Source: an uncultured Armatimonadia bacterium
GTDB taxonomy: Bacteria; Armatimonadota; Zipacnadia; CAVVLO01
DNA length: 64,000 nucleotides
Reading direction: 5' to 3'
NCBI GenBank assembly: GCA_963749155.1
Contig: CAVVLO010000005.1
Location: forward strand, 320,001-384,000
Positions 38,733 to 49,996 of this stretch are shown piece by piece. Position 1 is the stretch's first letter. The number at the start of each line of letters is the position of its first letter. The notes below the pieces were generated by a model that was given only the letters and a program-made list of their open reading frames with translations, searched no databases and was not told the origin of the DNA. Position numbers and translations under genes: made by a program.

Positions 38733-41360
38733 TCAGCGCACCAGGGGAAGCGTCACCTGGGCAGCCAGCGGCTGGTATGCAGTTACGGCATAACATGAGG
38801 GACCATCAAGAAGCCAGGCCCCCTCTTCATTATAGCCAGCGAATTGACCTAAACCCAACTTAAGCTTCGGCTCGGTGGGAAGAGAGGCGCTGCTGAGTGA
38901 GATTCCAAGCATATAAGGATTGAGGTCAGAGCAGGCAGAGAAGCCCCGGTCATCGATATAGTTGGTGTTGCTGTCCATACTGCGCTGGGCCAGCTCGAAG
39001 CGCCCCAGCGCGCCGTAGATAGCTACTGGCAAGGCGCCGGTGAAGTCGTCGAGGCCGCCTGGCTGGTCCTTCCAGAAGAGCCCCTCATCGCGCCACTCCA
39101 GTGTAGAAAGAGCCTTTGCCAGTGCTGCGTTGAAGCGCGGCGCCTGGGTCAGCCGTTCGACCCGGATAAGGGCAACCATATTACGAAGCTGGAAATTGAG
39201 CCAGGGCCAGGAGCCGTCTTCAGACTGTTCCTCCAGCATTTTGTCGCCCCAACGCTGGGCCTCGGACCGGTATTCCATATGCCCGAGCAGCAACATATAT
39301 TCGCAGCCGTGGATCAAGTGGTAGAGCTGCTGGGTGGTCACGCCTTCCCTTTCGCGGTCGAGGGTAGCCCGGTAGGCGGCCAGAGCGACTTGCTCTGCCT
39401 CCTCAGCCTCGGGCGCGCCAAATTCGCGGAAGAGCCAGGCGGCCGCAGCCAGTCCGCCAGGACCGATGCCGTTTTCGTTCACAGTCCAGACAGGATCGTA
39501 GCTCCCTGCGCCGAGTTTCCCGGTGGCGAGATAGTTGTCAGCCATCGCGCGGGGGCTCCTAAGTCCTTCGGGGAAACCTGAGAAGGGCAGCACGGCAAGC
39601 TCTACAGGGGCCTGGCCACTGAATTCGAGTCGCATCGAATCGAGTAATACGCCGCGCCGGCCACCCTGAGTGGTGGTGAAGGCGATGCGGTCGGGCTTGC
39701 GGCTCCAGATAACGAGCAAGGCGCGGCAATAAGTCAGTTGGCCAGAGTTGCCCCCGCGCAGCAGCAGGTAGTCGAAGTCAGGCGCTTCTATTGACGGAGC
39801 GGCCTCTTCGGCCCAGAGCTGCTTGCCGTCAGGCAGGACAACTGCTTCAGCGCCCCAGGAGCCAGGAACGAACCAGCGCCCTGCGGTCGAGAGCTGCTCG
39901 AAGCCGAAAGCCCAGTTGTCCAGGCCAGAGGGCGTCAAAGTGAGTTTGGGCGGGGTGTCGGCATCGCCTGGCAGGAACCGGCAGGCCGCCTGGAGCGAGC
40001 CGGCCTCGCCACGCCAGACTCGGTCGAAGCTCCAGCCTGTCTCATCGCGCACAACCGGGGTATCGGAATAGTCTTCCAAGGTTGTCCAATTGCCCTCTTG
40101 CTGGAGGCAGGGCGCCATGTCAGGGGTCAGGGCGACATTATCGCCTTTATGGGCCAAGGTCAGGCGCGAGGGCGCCTCGGGACGTGGACGGATATCCACT
40201 GGACGCGGGTCGTGCTTGAAGGCATAAAGGTGTTCGCCACCGGGCAGTTCGGCGTTTTTCACCCCTTTCCAAAGGCGCCTTGCGAGTTCGAGCCGCACGA
40301 CAGGCGTGTAAAGTGCCTCGTCCGCCAGAGCCAGCAGGCTGCGCGAAGTGTCGTGAACAAAATGGATGGGATTGCGTTCGCTCGGTTTGAAGGTCAACAG
40401 GTCGTAGCGTTGGTCGTAGAGACACTGCATATAGTTGCCGGCCAGCCAGTTTATATTCACAGGGTCGTAAGGGGCGAAATTCCGGTTGCGCTGCCAGCCT
40501 TGCTCCCCAAACTTCTTGGTCTGTGGCGCAGAGCAGGCGGGCATAAGCAGGCCGACGCGGACAGGACTCCAGAAGCCAGCCTGGCCATCAAGGGGTAAGA
40601 GAGTGACTTCCAGCCGGTTCGTGCCTCCCGTGAGAGTGACCGCGCTGACATCGGCCCACAGTCCGCCATCCCAGGTTGGCCCAAGCATCAGAGGTTTATC
40701 ATTCAAGGTGACCTGCTGCACTGTCGCCAGCAATTTGGCCGAAATAGAGCCCCAGCGACTGGTCCTTCCACTCGGCTGGGGCCTCAAACTGGCGCGTCAG
40801 CCTCACAGATTGTCTGGACTCAGGACAGGCTCGCCAGCATCGAGTTCCAGCCGCGTGGCAGGGCCTGGACCGGCATCAAAGAGGCGCAGTTCTGACAGCA
40901 GCGCGCCCCAGCCATCTTCCTTGTAGCGGTCTTCGAACTTCACCAGCACGGCCTCACTGCCGGCCAGGAAGGGCGTCAGGTCGACCAATACCCAGGTGCC
41001 ATATACCTCGTGGTTGTCTACCGATGACACTTTCTGGAAGACTGGCTCGGTGCCTTCAGCTGGCTCAGGCGCGGCGCTGATATCAAACTGGGTGTCCACA
41101 AGCAGCATCAGCCAGGCCATATGACCCTGGCCAGGCGCAAACCGGTAGGTATAGAACATCGTCTGGCCGTCTGCGATGCGAGTATAAGGGCAAAGCGGAT
41201 CATAACCTATCTCTCTCACCACCGAGTGTTGAGCGATGAGATAAGGCGCCTCCTCGGGGGTGCCTGGTCGGAAGAGCAGTTGCTGCTGGCTCTGGGCCAG
41301 GGCAGCTAGCAGAGTGAGCAAAGCCAGGATCAGCAGAGGTTCAAAACGCAAGGTAATCAC
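38733..41360 (-). CDS. Large secreted hypothetical protein (beta-sandwich modules plus helical-toroid C-terminus) with two compensating frameshifts at about 40810 and 40730
   Basis: Signal peptide. The two ORFs share one frame and are bridged by an alternative frame (RLTRQFEAPAEWKDQSLGLYFGQIAG). QSEDGSW motif near the C-terminus. Confidence 0.6.
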
Positions 41361-41477
41361 CTTCAACAGTAATTGGGGCAATCTTCGCCTAATTCGCTGT
41401 GAAGCCTGCTCTGAGGGCAGGATATGGCGGCTCCGCGGCCAAACAAAGGGTCAAAGAACACTTTGGGAGGAGCACTA

Positions 41478-42662
41478 ATGGATACCCCCTCAGTCCTTAT
41501 TACTGACTGCCAGCTTGTCGGTCCAGCCGGGCTTTCGCCGATTGCAGCGGCGCGCATCGAGAAGGGCAGGCTGGCTGCCATATACCAGGAAGGCGAAGCC
41601 TTCGATCCGGGAGCGGACATAACCCTCGAGGCAGTAGGCGGTTATCTGGCGCCCGGCTTGATTGACGTGCATACGCATGGTGGTTTCGGGGTGGACTTCA
41701 CCACTTGCACGGCTGAAGAAGGGCTGAAGTGCCTGGAGCAGTACATCCCGCATGGCACAACCCATATTATGCCGACCTTCGTCACGAGTCCGGTCTCCCA
41801 GTTGGTGGCTCAGACCGACGTGATGGAAGAATTGAAAAAGCTGACCGAGGCCCCAGGATACAAGGGGGCGCGGTATGCCGGGCTTTATTGGGAAGGGCCC
41901 TTCATAAGCAAGACCAAGAAAGGCGCGCAGCCCGAAGAGAGCATCGCCGCGCTGGATGCGGAGGCTCTGGCGCAGGTGAACTCCTGCGCGGGCAAGATTA
42001 ATCGTCTGATCCTTGCCCCAGAAGAAGTAGACCTCGGCAAGCTGCAATTCGCCGATCCAAATCTGAAGCTGACAATTGGGCATACAGATGCAAGCTTCGA
42101 GCTGGCGGTGCTGGCAGCAAATCTGGGTATGAACTCCTTCGTGCATACCTTTAACGGGATGAGCGGATTTGGTCATCGCTCCCCTGGTGTGGTTGGCGCG
42201 GCAATGGCGACCTCCGAGACCTACTGCGAGCTTATCTGTGACGGTGTGCACGTGCTGCCACCGGCTATGAGAGTTCTGTTCGAGGCGCGCGGAGCGGACT
42301 GGATTGTCCTCATTACCGATGGCAACACCGCAACAGGCCTTCCCCCTGGCGAATACGAGCTGGCCGGGATACGGATGATTGTAAAAGAGGACGCCTGTTA
42401 TCTGCCAAATGGCACGCTGGCCGGCAGCGTCATAACGATGGACGAGGCGGTAAGGCGCGCGGTACGGTTCCTCGGCGCAAGTCCCTTAGAGGCTATCCGG
42501 ATGGCGACTTATACGCCGGCGCGCTTCCTGGGGCTGACTCAGGGGCGATATGGCACGGTGCTGGGCGCAGCTGCCGACTATGTTGTGCTGGACTCTGACC
42601 TGAACGTGATGGAGACTCTGATTGGCGGGCAGGTGGCCTGGTCTCGCGATGGCAGAGGCTAG
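41478..42662 (+). CDS. nagA: N-acetylglucosamine-6-phosphate deacetylase
   Basis: PGLIDVHTHG, EGPF, LAPE, GHT, HTFNGM, DGVH, ITD, LAGS. Confidence 0.93.
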   Translation: MDTPSVLITDCQLVGPAGLSPIAAARIEKGRLAAIYQEGEAFDPGADITLEAVGGYLAPGLIDVHTHGGFGVDFTTCTAEEGLKCLEQYIPHGTTHIMPTFVTSPVSQLVAQTDVMEELKKLTEAPGYKGARYAGLYWEGPFISKTKKGAQPEESIAALDAEALAQVNSCAGKINRLILAPEEVDLGKLQFADPNLKLTIGHTDASFELAVLAANLGMNSFVHTFNGMSGFGHRSPGVVGAAMATSETYCELICDGVHVLPPAMRVLFEARGADWIVLITDGNTATGLPPGEYELAGIRMIVKEDACYLPNGTLAGSVITMDEAVRRAVRFLGASPLEAIRMATYTPARFLGLTQGRYGTVLGAAADYVVLDSDLNVMETLIGGQVAWSRDGRG

Positions 42663-44380
42663 ACTGCAAGTCGTGCTGGGCCTCGATGGCGGCGGGTCGA
42701 AGACCCAGGCCGTCGTGCTCGACCTGACCGGGCAGGTCCTCGGAGAGGGGCTGGGTGGCACTTCGGCGACGCTCTACGCCTCGGACGAAGTCGTGGCGAC
42801 TTCGACGAGGACGGCGCTTAAGGGAGCTTTTTCGACGCTCCCCGAGCCGCCCCAGGTCCTTGGCATCGGCTGTACTTTCGCGGTTGGAGGGCAGGGGCCG
42901 GTGGGCGAGACGCTGGCCGAATACACGCCCTTGTCCTTTATTTGGGCGATCAGCGAGTGCGAGGCCTGCAGTTACGCGGCGCTCGGCAAGCCGCACTCGC
43001 TTGTCATCCTGGCGGGGACGGGCAGCTTTGTCACTTACTGCGGGCCAGAGGGCTACCGCGCTCATGTAGGCGGGGGAGGGCCAACCCTTGGCGATTTCGG
43101 CAGTGGCTACTGGATTGGCGTCGAGGCGCTGAAGCGGGCCTTCCAGTCTTATCAGGAAGCTTTGCCCTCGACGACTCTTGTCCAGCGACTTTGCGAGCGC
43201 TTCAAATTGCCTGACCTGGGCGCCCTGGTGCCTCTGGTTTACGTGACCAAATTGTCGCGCTGGGAGATCGCTTCTCTTTCCAAACTGGTAGCGGATGAGG
43301 CGGACGCGGGAGATAGCGTCTCTCGCCAGATTCTGACAGATGCCGCGGAAGAACTGAATCGACAGCTCGAAGTAGTAGCGCGCAAGCTGGAGGGAGAGGA
43401 GCCTCCTTCGGATGTCGTGCTGGCAGGCGGGGTGCTGCAGCGCAAGGGGCTGGTGGCAGCCCTGGTCAGCCAACGCGCAAGTGAGCTGCTGCCGCAGGCC
43501 AGGGTCACGACACTGGAGTTGCCACCCGCCGCCGGCTGCGCGCTTTCGGGTCTGGCAAGACTGGGTTTTGAAGTGGACGAATTGGTGCATCAACTCACGC
43601 TCGCCTCGTGGCGGGCGCTCAAGGGGGAAAAGGCAGTGCTTAAGGACAAATGGTTTGATCAGATGAGGCGCCTTATTGCGCACTTCGAGGGCGAAGGGAA
43701 ACCTCAAATCGAGGCGGCGGCCCAGCTTATATTCGATTCGGTGACTAACGGCGGGGCGCTGCATATCCACGACAGCGGCCATATGCTGATGCGCGAGGCC
43801 ATCGGCCGCGCGGGCGGGATGTATATGGTCAACGCGCTCGAGTTTGGGCTGTCCATCAACAATCCCGTAAGGCCCCGGGCCAACCGTACGCCAAAAGAGA
43901 ACCCCCGGATGGACCGGCTGCCTGACCTGCCCAGGCTGGCCATCCAGTGCAGTCAGGTGAAGGCCGGCGATGTGGTGATAGTTGGCTCCGTGTCGGGCCG
44001 TAACGCCGTGCAGATAGGCCTTGCGATCGCTGCCCAGGAAGAGGGCGCGAAGGTGATCGCGCTGACCTCGGTGGACTACAGCAGTCAGCTCACCTCGACC
44101 CATCCTTCGGGCAAACGACTCTTTGAAGTGGCCGATGTTGTCGTGGACAACGGGGCCGAGTTCGGCGATGCTGCCCTCGAGGTCGAAGGGCTTGCCCGTC
44201 AAGTGCTGCCCGACCTCTGGCCTCGGCGCGGCGATGGCTTTTTGGGCTATTACGGCAGAATTAATCGAAAAACTCGTCGCTGCTGGCCATCAGCCTTCGG
44301 TCTATATGAGCGTCAACCGGGACGATGGGCCTGCTTTCATCGAGCAGATGGAAAAGAATTTCTTCGAGAAAGGCATCTAG
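42649..44380 (+). CDS. BadF/BadG-type (GlcNAc kinase-like) sugar kinase read in frame with a SIS domain; frameshift near 44195
   Basis: GLDGGGSKT, AGTGS, GDFGSGYWIG; then SIS motifs DSGHML, SVSGRN, HPSGKRLFEVAD. The SIS C-terminus (CPTSG...VYMSVN...EKGI) is in the shifted frame ending 44380. Confidence 0.75.
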
Positions 44381-44391
44381 CGGGGGTTATT

Positions 44392-45132
44392 ATGAGCGCT
44401 GAAAAGTATTTCGAAGCGGTACTGGCCCAACTGGCGGTAATCCAGGAAGAAGAATTACCCAAGCTTGCCGAGCTTGCCAGGACGATTACCGACCGGCTCG
44501 AAACAGGCGGGACGCTCTGGTCGTTCGGCTGCTCGCACGCCTCTATCCTGACGCAGGAGCTTGTCTATCGAGCGGGGGGCTTTATGCTATGCAATGCGCT
44601 CTTCTCGATGGAATGCGACCTCAAAGTGCGGCCCGCGCTGCGCACCAGCCGGATGGAACGCGTGCACGATTACGGGCGCATAATGATTGAGGAATCGCCG
44701 GCCAAAGCGGGCGATGTGCTTATCGTGGCCTCGGTCTCTGGGCGCAACGCGGTGCCCATTGAAGTCGCCCAGGCAGGGAGGGAGATGGGCCTTTACGTTA
44801 TCGGCGTCACTTCTCTGACTGCCTCAAAGCCTCTGGCCTCGCGCCAGAAGGGCGGGCTCAAGCTTTACGATGTGGTGGATTTCATCCTCGACCACCATTG
44901 CCCAATCGGCGATGCCGCAATCGAGGTGGAAGGTGTCCCCTCGAAGGTAGGGCCGACCTCGACCATCGGAGGCGCTCTGATACTCAACGCGCTAATCTGC
45001 GAAGTGGTCGCCGAATACGCGCGCCGGGGCCTCGAGCCGCCCATCTTCCTCAGCGGCAATGTGGACGGGGGAGACGAATATAACCGCCGGATGCTTGCCA
45101 AATACGCCGACCGCATCCACTATATGGAATAG
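44392..45132 (+). CDS. SIS-domain sugar isomerase (UPF0309-like)
   Basis: FGCSHA...ELVYRAGG, SVSGRNAVPIE, GPTST, IFLSGNVDGG; own RBS and ATG. Confidence 0.85.
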   Translation: MSAEKYFEAVLAQLAVIQEEELPKLAELARTITDRLETGGTLWSFGCSHASILTQELVYRAGGFMLCNALFSMECDLKVRPALRTSRMERVHDYGRIMIEESPAKAGDVLIVASVSGRNAVPIEVAQAGREMGLYVIGVTSLTASKPLASRQKGGLKLYDVVDFILDHHCPIGDAAIEVEGVPSKVGPTSTIGGALILNALICEVVAEYARRGLEPPIFLSGNVDGGDEYNRRMLAKYADRIHYME

Positions 45133-45144
45133 AGGTGACGCGAA

Positions 45145-45891
45145 ATGAAATTCGCAACCAGCCTGACGAGTTCGGAAGGGAAGCGCCTGATAGCCAAGGG
45201 CGTCGCGGCGTTGCCCAGTGTGCGCAAAGCCTATGAAGAAGGCATCCTCGTGATCGGCCGGGGTACGACCAACGCCCTGCTGGTAGAAGAGCTGACCGGC
45301 GAGGCGATTGATCGCGGCAGTTATAGCGCAGGTATTACCGTACCCGCCCACAAGCGCATCAAGAGGTTGAATTATGACGAATATCTCTTCGAGAAGGGCG
45401 AGAAGCTGACTGGTACGACCAGTGGCGAGGTTGCCAAACGGATGAGGCGGGGCGATGTTTTCATGAAGGGCGCCAACGCCCTCAACTATGCCTCTGGCAT
45501 CGCTGGCGTGCTGATTGGCGATCTTGCGGGAGGCACCCTGGGCGCTTATCCCTTGCTGGTTGCGCGCAAAATCGAATTGGTTATCCCTGTCGGGCTGGAG
45601 AAAGAGATAGCCACCGACATAATGAGGGCGGCTGAACTCATCCGGGAACCGGGCGTAGAACTCGAAGGAGTGCCCAGCCTGTTCCCAATCCAGGGCACGG
45701 TCATCACCGAGATCGAGGCTATCGCTGTGCTGACAGGCGCGACAGCCATCCAGATAGGGGCCGGCGGCGTTAACGGGGCAGAAGGCGCTGTGTGGCTTAT
45801 GGTATCAGGCTCGGAGGAGGTTATCGCCGAAGCGCGGGGTCTGCTTGATTCTATCAAGGGGGAACCGCCCATCACCTTACCCGAGGAGTGA
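45145..45891 (+). CDS. Conserved hypothetical protein
   Basis: GAGGTG RBS; Gly-rich motifs EGKRLIAKGV, GTTN, KGANA, PVGLEK, GAGGVNGAEG; family not identified. Confidence 0.7.
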   Translation: MKFATSLTSSEGKRLIAKGVAALPSVRKAYEEGILVIGRGTTNALLVEELTGEAIDRGSYSAGITVPAHKRIKRLNYDEYLFEKGEKLTGTTSGEVAKRMRRGDVFMKGANALNYASGIAGVLIGDLAGGTLGAYPLLVARKIELVIPVGLEKEIATDIMRAAELIREPGVELEGVPSLFPIQGTVITEIEAIAVLTGATAIQIGAGGVNGAEGAVWLMVSGSEEVIAEARGLLDSIKGEPPITLPEE

Positions 45892-45896
45892 GTCCA

Positions 45897-46898
45897 ATGA
45901 AAATCGCAAGCTATTGGGCCAGGCGCGGAGACGATCGCCTGCAGTGCGAGCTTTGCCCCCAGGCTTGCGTGCTTTCGGAAGGTGAGGCGGGGGATTGTCT
46001 TGTCCGCCGCATGCAGGAAGGCCAACTGATTGCGACGACTTATGGCCGAGTGACCTCTGCCAGCCTCGATCCTATCGAGAAGAAGCCTCTCTATCACTTT
46101 TTCCCAGGCCGGCGCATCCTGTCCATCGGCAGCATCGGATGCAATTTCCATTGTCTGTTCTGCCAGAATCACGAGACCAGCCAGACAGGCAATCTGGCGT
46201 ATACCCAGGAGCTTCCTCCAAAGGCCGCGGTCGAGCTTGCTTTACGGCAGCCCGGCAACCTGGGCCTCTGCTACACCTATAACGAGCCTCTTATCCAGTT
46301 CGAATATGTACTCGACTGTTCAAAACTTGTCCGCGAAGCAGGCCTGTGCAACGTCCTGGTATCCAACGGCTACATCAACCCGAAGCCTCTGGCAGAGCTG
46401 ATACCCTTCATCGACGCTATCAACGTAGATATCAAGTCTTTGGACGAGGGGTATTACAATCGCCTGTGCGGAGGCAAGCTGAAGCCAGTCCAGCGCGCTA
46501 TAACCGAACTCGTCAAGGCGAAAGTGCATGTAGAGCTGACCAACCTGCTGGTGACGGGGCAGAACGACAGCGATGACCAGATCAAGCGACTTGTGGACTG
46601 GGTAGCCAGCCTGTCGGAGGATATTCCTTTACATTTTTCCAGGTATTTCCCCCAGTATCAGATGGACCTTCCAGCGACACCGGAAGAGCGGCTGGACAAG
46701 GCTTACGAGCTCGGTCGGGCCAGGTTGAACTATGTCTACCTGGGCAATGTGCTGAGTTCTCTGGGCTCGAACACGCACTGCGTCGAGTGCGGCAACCTGC
46801 TGGTTGTGCGAGAAGGTTATTCTACGCGCCTGGTGGGCCTGCAAGGCGCTGCCTGCGACAAGTGTGGCGCGGTGCTGGCAGGACGGTTTGAGGAATGA
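45897..46898 (+). CDS. amrS: AmmeMemoRadiSam system radical SAM enzyme
   Basis: N-terminal CELCP..C...C, DPIEKKPLYHF, GCNFHCLFCQN, YTYNEP, PLHFSRYFP, C-terminal CxxC pairs. Confidence 0.9.
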   Translation: MKIASYWARRGDDRLQCELCPQACVLSEGEAGDCLVRRMQEGQLIATTYGRVTSASLDPIEKKPLYHFFPGRRILSIGSIGCNFHCLFCQNHETSQTGNLAYTQELPPKAAVELALRQPGNLGLCYTYNEPLIQFEYVLDCSKLVREAGLCNVLVSNGYINPKPLAELIPFIDAINVDIKSLDEGYYNRLCGGKLKPVQRAITELVKAKVHVELTNLLVTGQNDSDDQIKRLVDWVASLSEDIPLHFSRYFPQYQMDLPATPEERLDKAYELGRARLNYVYLGNVLSSLGSNTHCVECGNLLVVREGYSTRLVGLQGAACDKCGAVLAGRFEE

Positions 46899-47485
46899 GC
46901 AGCCAGCCTCGTCTTGTGCTTGCGTCCGCCTCGCCAAGGCGCCGAGAGCTGCTCTCGGCGCTTGGGCTTGACTTCGAAGTGCGTCTTGCTTTGGAGCAAC
47001 CTCCAGAACTAGCCGAGGGAGAACCGTCAGAAGTGGCGCTCGCTAATGCCAGGGCGAAGGTGCTCGCGCTTGAAGCCGCCGAGGACGAACTGCTTGTTGG
47101 CGCTGACACCATCGTTGTGATTGCAGGCGCCATCCTGGGCAAGCCCAATTCTGCCGAAGAAGCCAAAACAATGCTGCGGCGCCTGTCTGGCAACCGCCAT
47201 GAGGTGCTGACAGGAGTTGCAGTCCGCTCGCGAGAGTGGCTTGAGGCCGATGTGGCGCGCACCTCGGTCTGGTTCCGCCCGCTCGAGGAGTGGGAGATCG
47301 AGGCCTATGTGGCCACAGGAGAGCCTCTCGACAAAGCGGGTGCCTATGGCATCCAGGAGAGGGCGTCCGTGTTCGTCAGCCATATTGAAGGGGATTATTT
47401 CAATGTGGTCGGACTGCCTCTTGCCCTGCTCGATGGGCTGCTAAAAAAGCGGGGATGTGGTATATTGGCGCTGACTCCCCGGTAA
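46895..47485 (+). CDS. maf: Maf family nucleotide pyrophosphatase
   Basis: LASASPRRRELL, GADT, GKP, DKAGAYGIQ, NVVGLPL. Confidence 0.95.
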   Translation: MSSQPRLVLASASPRRRELLSALGLDFEVRLALEQPPELAEGEPSEVALANARAKVLALEAAEDELLVGADTIVVIAGAILGKPNSAEEAKTMLRRLSGNRHEVLTGVAVRSREWLEADVARTSVWFRPLEEWEIEAYVATGEPLDKAGAYGIQERASVFVSHIEGDYFNVVGLPLALLDGLLKKRGCGILALTPR

Positions 47486-47629
47486 GGCGCCGGAAAGGGT
47501 TTCCAGGAGGCGGGCATCAAGGCCGCTAGCTGCGGCTTTGAGGTATAATTAACCCTCGTTCACAGCCATTTAACACGCGTTCCCCGGCAAGGCCTTCAGG
47601 CGGAACGTGAAGCGAGGTTGAAGGCAGCC

Positions 47630-48658
47630 GTGTGGCAATCGTGGTTTAGCGGGTTCTCCCGAGATATGGGCATCGACCTGGGCACTGCCAACACGCTCAT
47701 CTACGTGAAGGGCAGAGGCATTATGGTGCAGGAGCCCTCGGTCGTTGCGATGGAGCAGCATACGCGCAAGGTACTTGCTGTTGGCGATGAAGCCAAACGT
47801 ATGGTCGGGCGCACCCCAAGCAACATTATCGCTATCAGGCCTCTTTCCGATGGCGTTATCGCAGATTTCGACGTCGCTCAGGCTATGATCGAGCAGTTCA
47901 TCCGGAAAGTGCATCAACGCGGTTTCCTTATGAAACCGCTGGTTATTATTGGTATCCCAAGTGGTGTCACCGAAGTCGAGAAGCGCGCTGTCCTCGAAGC
48001 CAGCAAGAACGCGGGGGCCAAGCGTTCCTTCCTCATAGAAGAGCCTATGGCTGCCGCAATTGGCGCCGGGCTGCCTATCACCGAGCCTCGCGGCAGTATG
48101 ATAGTCGATATCGGAGGCGGCACCACCGAAGTCGCTGTTATCTCGCTTGGGGGCATCTGCGCAAGCAAGTCGGTGCGTGTCGCGGGCGATGAGATAGACG
48201 AAGCCATCGTCCAGTATGTGCGCCGAGAACATAGCCTCCTGATCGGTGAGCGCACTGCCGAAGAAGTGAAGATGCGTATCGGTTCGGCTTACCCGACCGA
48301 GGACTTGCTGGAGATAGACATCCGCGGCCGCGACCTGGTGACCGGCCTGCCCAAGCAGGTGACTATTACCTCTGATGAGGTGCGCTCGGCCATCCAGGAA
48401 CCTCTGATGACCATAGTTGAGACCGTCAAGCAGACACTCGAAAACACGCCGCCCGAGCTTTCGGCTGATATTATCGAAAGCGGGATAATGCTCGCCGGGG
48501 GCGGGGCGTTGCTGAAAGGGATAGACGATCTGATCGCTTCGGAAACCAATATGCCCGTGCGGCACGCGGACGAACCGCTTTACTGCGTAGTCGAGGGTTG
48601 TGGCCGGGCGCTGGAAGAGATCGAAACCCTCAAGGAAGTCTTCGTAGGCCAGGCCTGA
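47630..48658 (+). CDS. mreB: Rod shape-determining protein MreB
   Basis: GIDLGTANT, RPLSDGVIADF, EEPMAAAIG, DIGGGTTE. Start uncertain (47618-47666). Confidence 0.96.
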   Translation: MWQSWFSGFSRDMGIDLGTANTLIYVKGRGIMVQEPSVVAMEQHTRKVLAVGDEAKRMVGRTPSNIIAIRPLSDGVIADFDVAQAMIEQFIRKVHQRGFLMKPLVIIGIPSGVTEVEKRAVLEASKNAGAKRSFLIEEPMAAAIGAGLPITEPRGSMIVDIGGGTTEVAVISLGGICASKSVRVAGDEIDEAIVQYVRREHSLLIGERTAEEVKMRIGSAYPTEDLLEIDIRGRDLVTGLPKQVTITSDEVRSAIQEPLMTIVETVKQTLENTPPELSADIIESGIMLAGGGALLKGIDDLIASETNMPVRHADEPLYCVVEGCGRALEEIETLKEVFVGQA

Positions 48659-48683
48659 AGCAGGCCTTTCGGGAGCAGCGACG

Positions 48684-49511
48684 ATGTGGTGGCGCGACCG
48701 CACAATCCGCGTGCTGGCTATCCTGATGCTGGCCGTGTTTTTTGTCGCGTGGGGAGCCCGCACTGATGGCTTCGGCCTGCGTCCCCTTGGCTACGTCTGC
48801 TCGACGCTGTTCAGTCCTATCGACTGGTTCTTCAGCGGCGTCACAGGCACGGTGGGGAAGGTGCGCGGCACGCTTTCCAGCAACGTCAGCCTGATGCGAA
48901 GCAACACCGAGTTGAAGCGGCAGCTTGGCGAGGCTCAACTTATTATCACCGAACTCGAAGAGCTGCGCCGGGAGAATCGGCGGCTCTCCCAGCTGTTAAA
49001 CCTGCCGGTACCTCAGGGCTACACTCGCACCAGCGCGCGGGTGGTGGGCCGCTCCGTCACCAACCTGTACCAAACCTTGCGTATCAGCGCGGGCGTCGAG
49101 TCCGGCATCCAGCCGGGCGCGCCTGTGGTCTCGGGTCAGGGGCTGGTGGGGCAGGTGCTCGAATCGTCGCTCTTCTCTTCCACCATACTGCTGATTACTG
49201 ACGCCAACTCGGGCGTAGCGGTGCTGTCGGCTGACAATCGCTCCAATGGCGTAATCAAGGGGACGGGCGAAGTCTATCTGATGATGGACTATGTAGCCGG
49301 CTCGGACCTGCTGGAACCTGGCGAGGAAGTGGTTACCTCTGGGCTAGGCGGAGTTTTCCCCAAAGGCCTGCCCGTTGGCATCGTCACCTCGGTTACGCCT
49401 GATCCAGTAACCCATGTCAAGACCGCCACTGTGCTGCCATATACGGACTTCTCCAATCTGGAAGAGGTATCGGTGCTGCTTCCGGGAGCGGGGGGCGAGC
49501 CCTCTGAGTAA
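48684..49511 (+). CDS. mreC: Rod shape-determining protein MreC
   Basis: N-terminal TM, coiled coil ENRRL..LL, GLVGQV, TSGLGGVFPKGLPVG. Confidence 0.92.
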   Translation: MWWRDRTIRVLAILMLAVFFVAWGARTDGFGLRPLGYVCSTLFSPIDWFFSGVTGTVGKVRGTLSSNVSLMRSNTELKRQLGEAQLIITELEELRRENRRLSQLLNLPVPQGYTRTSARVVGRSVTNLYQTLRISAGVESGIQPGAPVVSGQGLVGQVLESSLFSSTILLITDANSGVAVLSADNRSNGVIKGTGEVYLMMDYVAGSDLLEPGEEVVTSGLGGVFPKGLPVGIVTSVTPDPVTHVKTATVLPYTDFSNLEEVSVLLPGAGGEPSE

Positions 49512-49996
49512 GGCAGCACTAGGGCGTCTGGTGGTTACCTTGCTTGCCTTGTTGCTGGCTCAGATAACCCTGGGCTGGAGGTTTGCCATCTTTGGAGTGG
49601 TGCCTGATTTCTGGCTGCTTGCTGTAGCGGCAGCGGCACTGCGCGTTGGCACGATGGGAGGGGCTATCGCCGGTTTTGCAGTGGGACTGGGCCTTGGGCT
49701 GGCCCAGCCGGTCCATCTGGCAGTGCTTGCCCGCTTGCGCGCTGGTGCTGGGCGCGGCCGCGGGGACACTGCAGCGGATAGCCGCCGAGACCAATATGCT
49801 GGTGCAGGCGGTTGTGGCGGCAGGTTTCACAGCAGCCTTCTACTGGCTGCATTTCCTCTTTGTGCCTTCACTTGGCGCTGCCAATTATCTACGCTGGTCG
49901 CTTGAGGGCGCCCTGTATAGCGCGATACTGGCGCCTTTCTTCTTTTGGCTGTTTGCCAAACTTGCCGGCCCACAGGAACGCTATACCCTCTTCTGA
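49504..49996 (+). CDS. mreD: Rod shape-determining protein MreD (frameshift near 49732)
   Basis: GVVPDFWLL...GAIAGFAVGL; hydrophobic; directly follows mreC. Confidence 0.7.

Noticed and set aside
42622..45132. 836-aa kinase-SIS-SIS triple fusion
   Set aside because: Read-through into SIS 2 results from the frameshift near 44195; SIS 1 properly ends at 44380 and SIS 2 has its own start at 44392
45897..46898. Activating enzyme for the glycyl radical enzyme
   Set aside because: Motifs (DPIEKKPLYHF, YTYNEP) fit AmrS, and it lies 30 kb away
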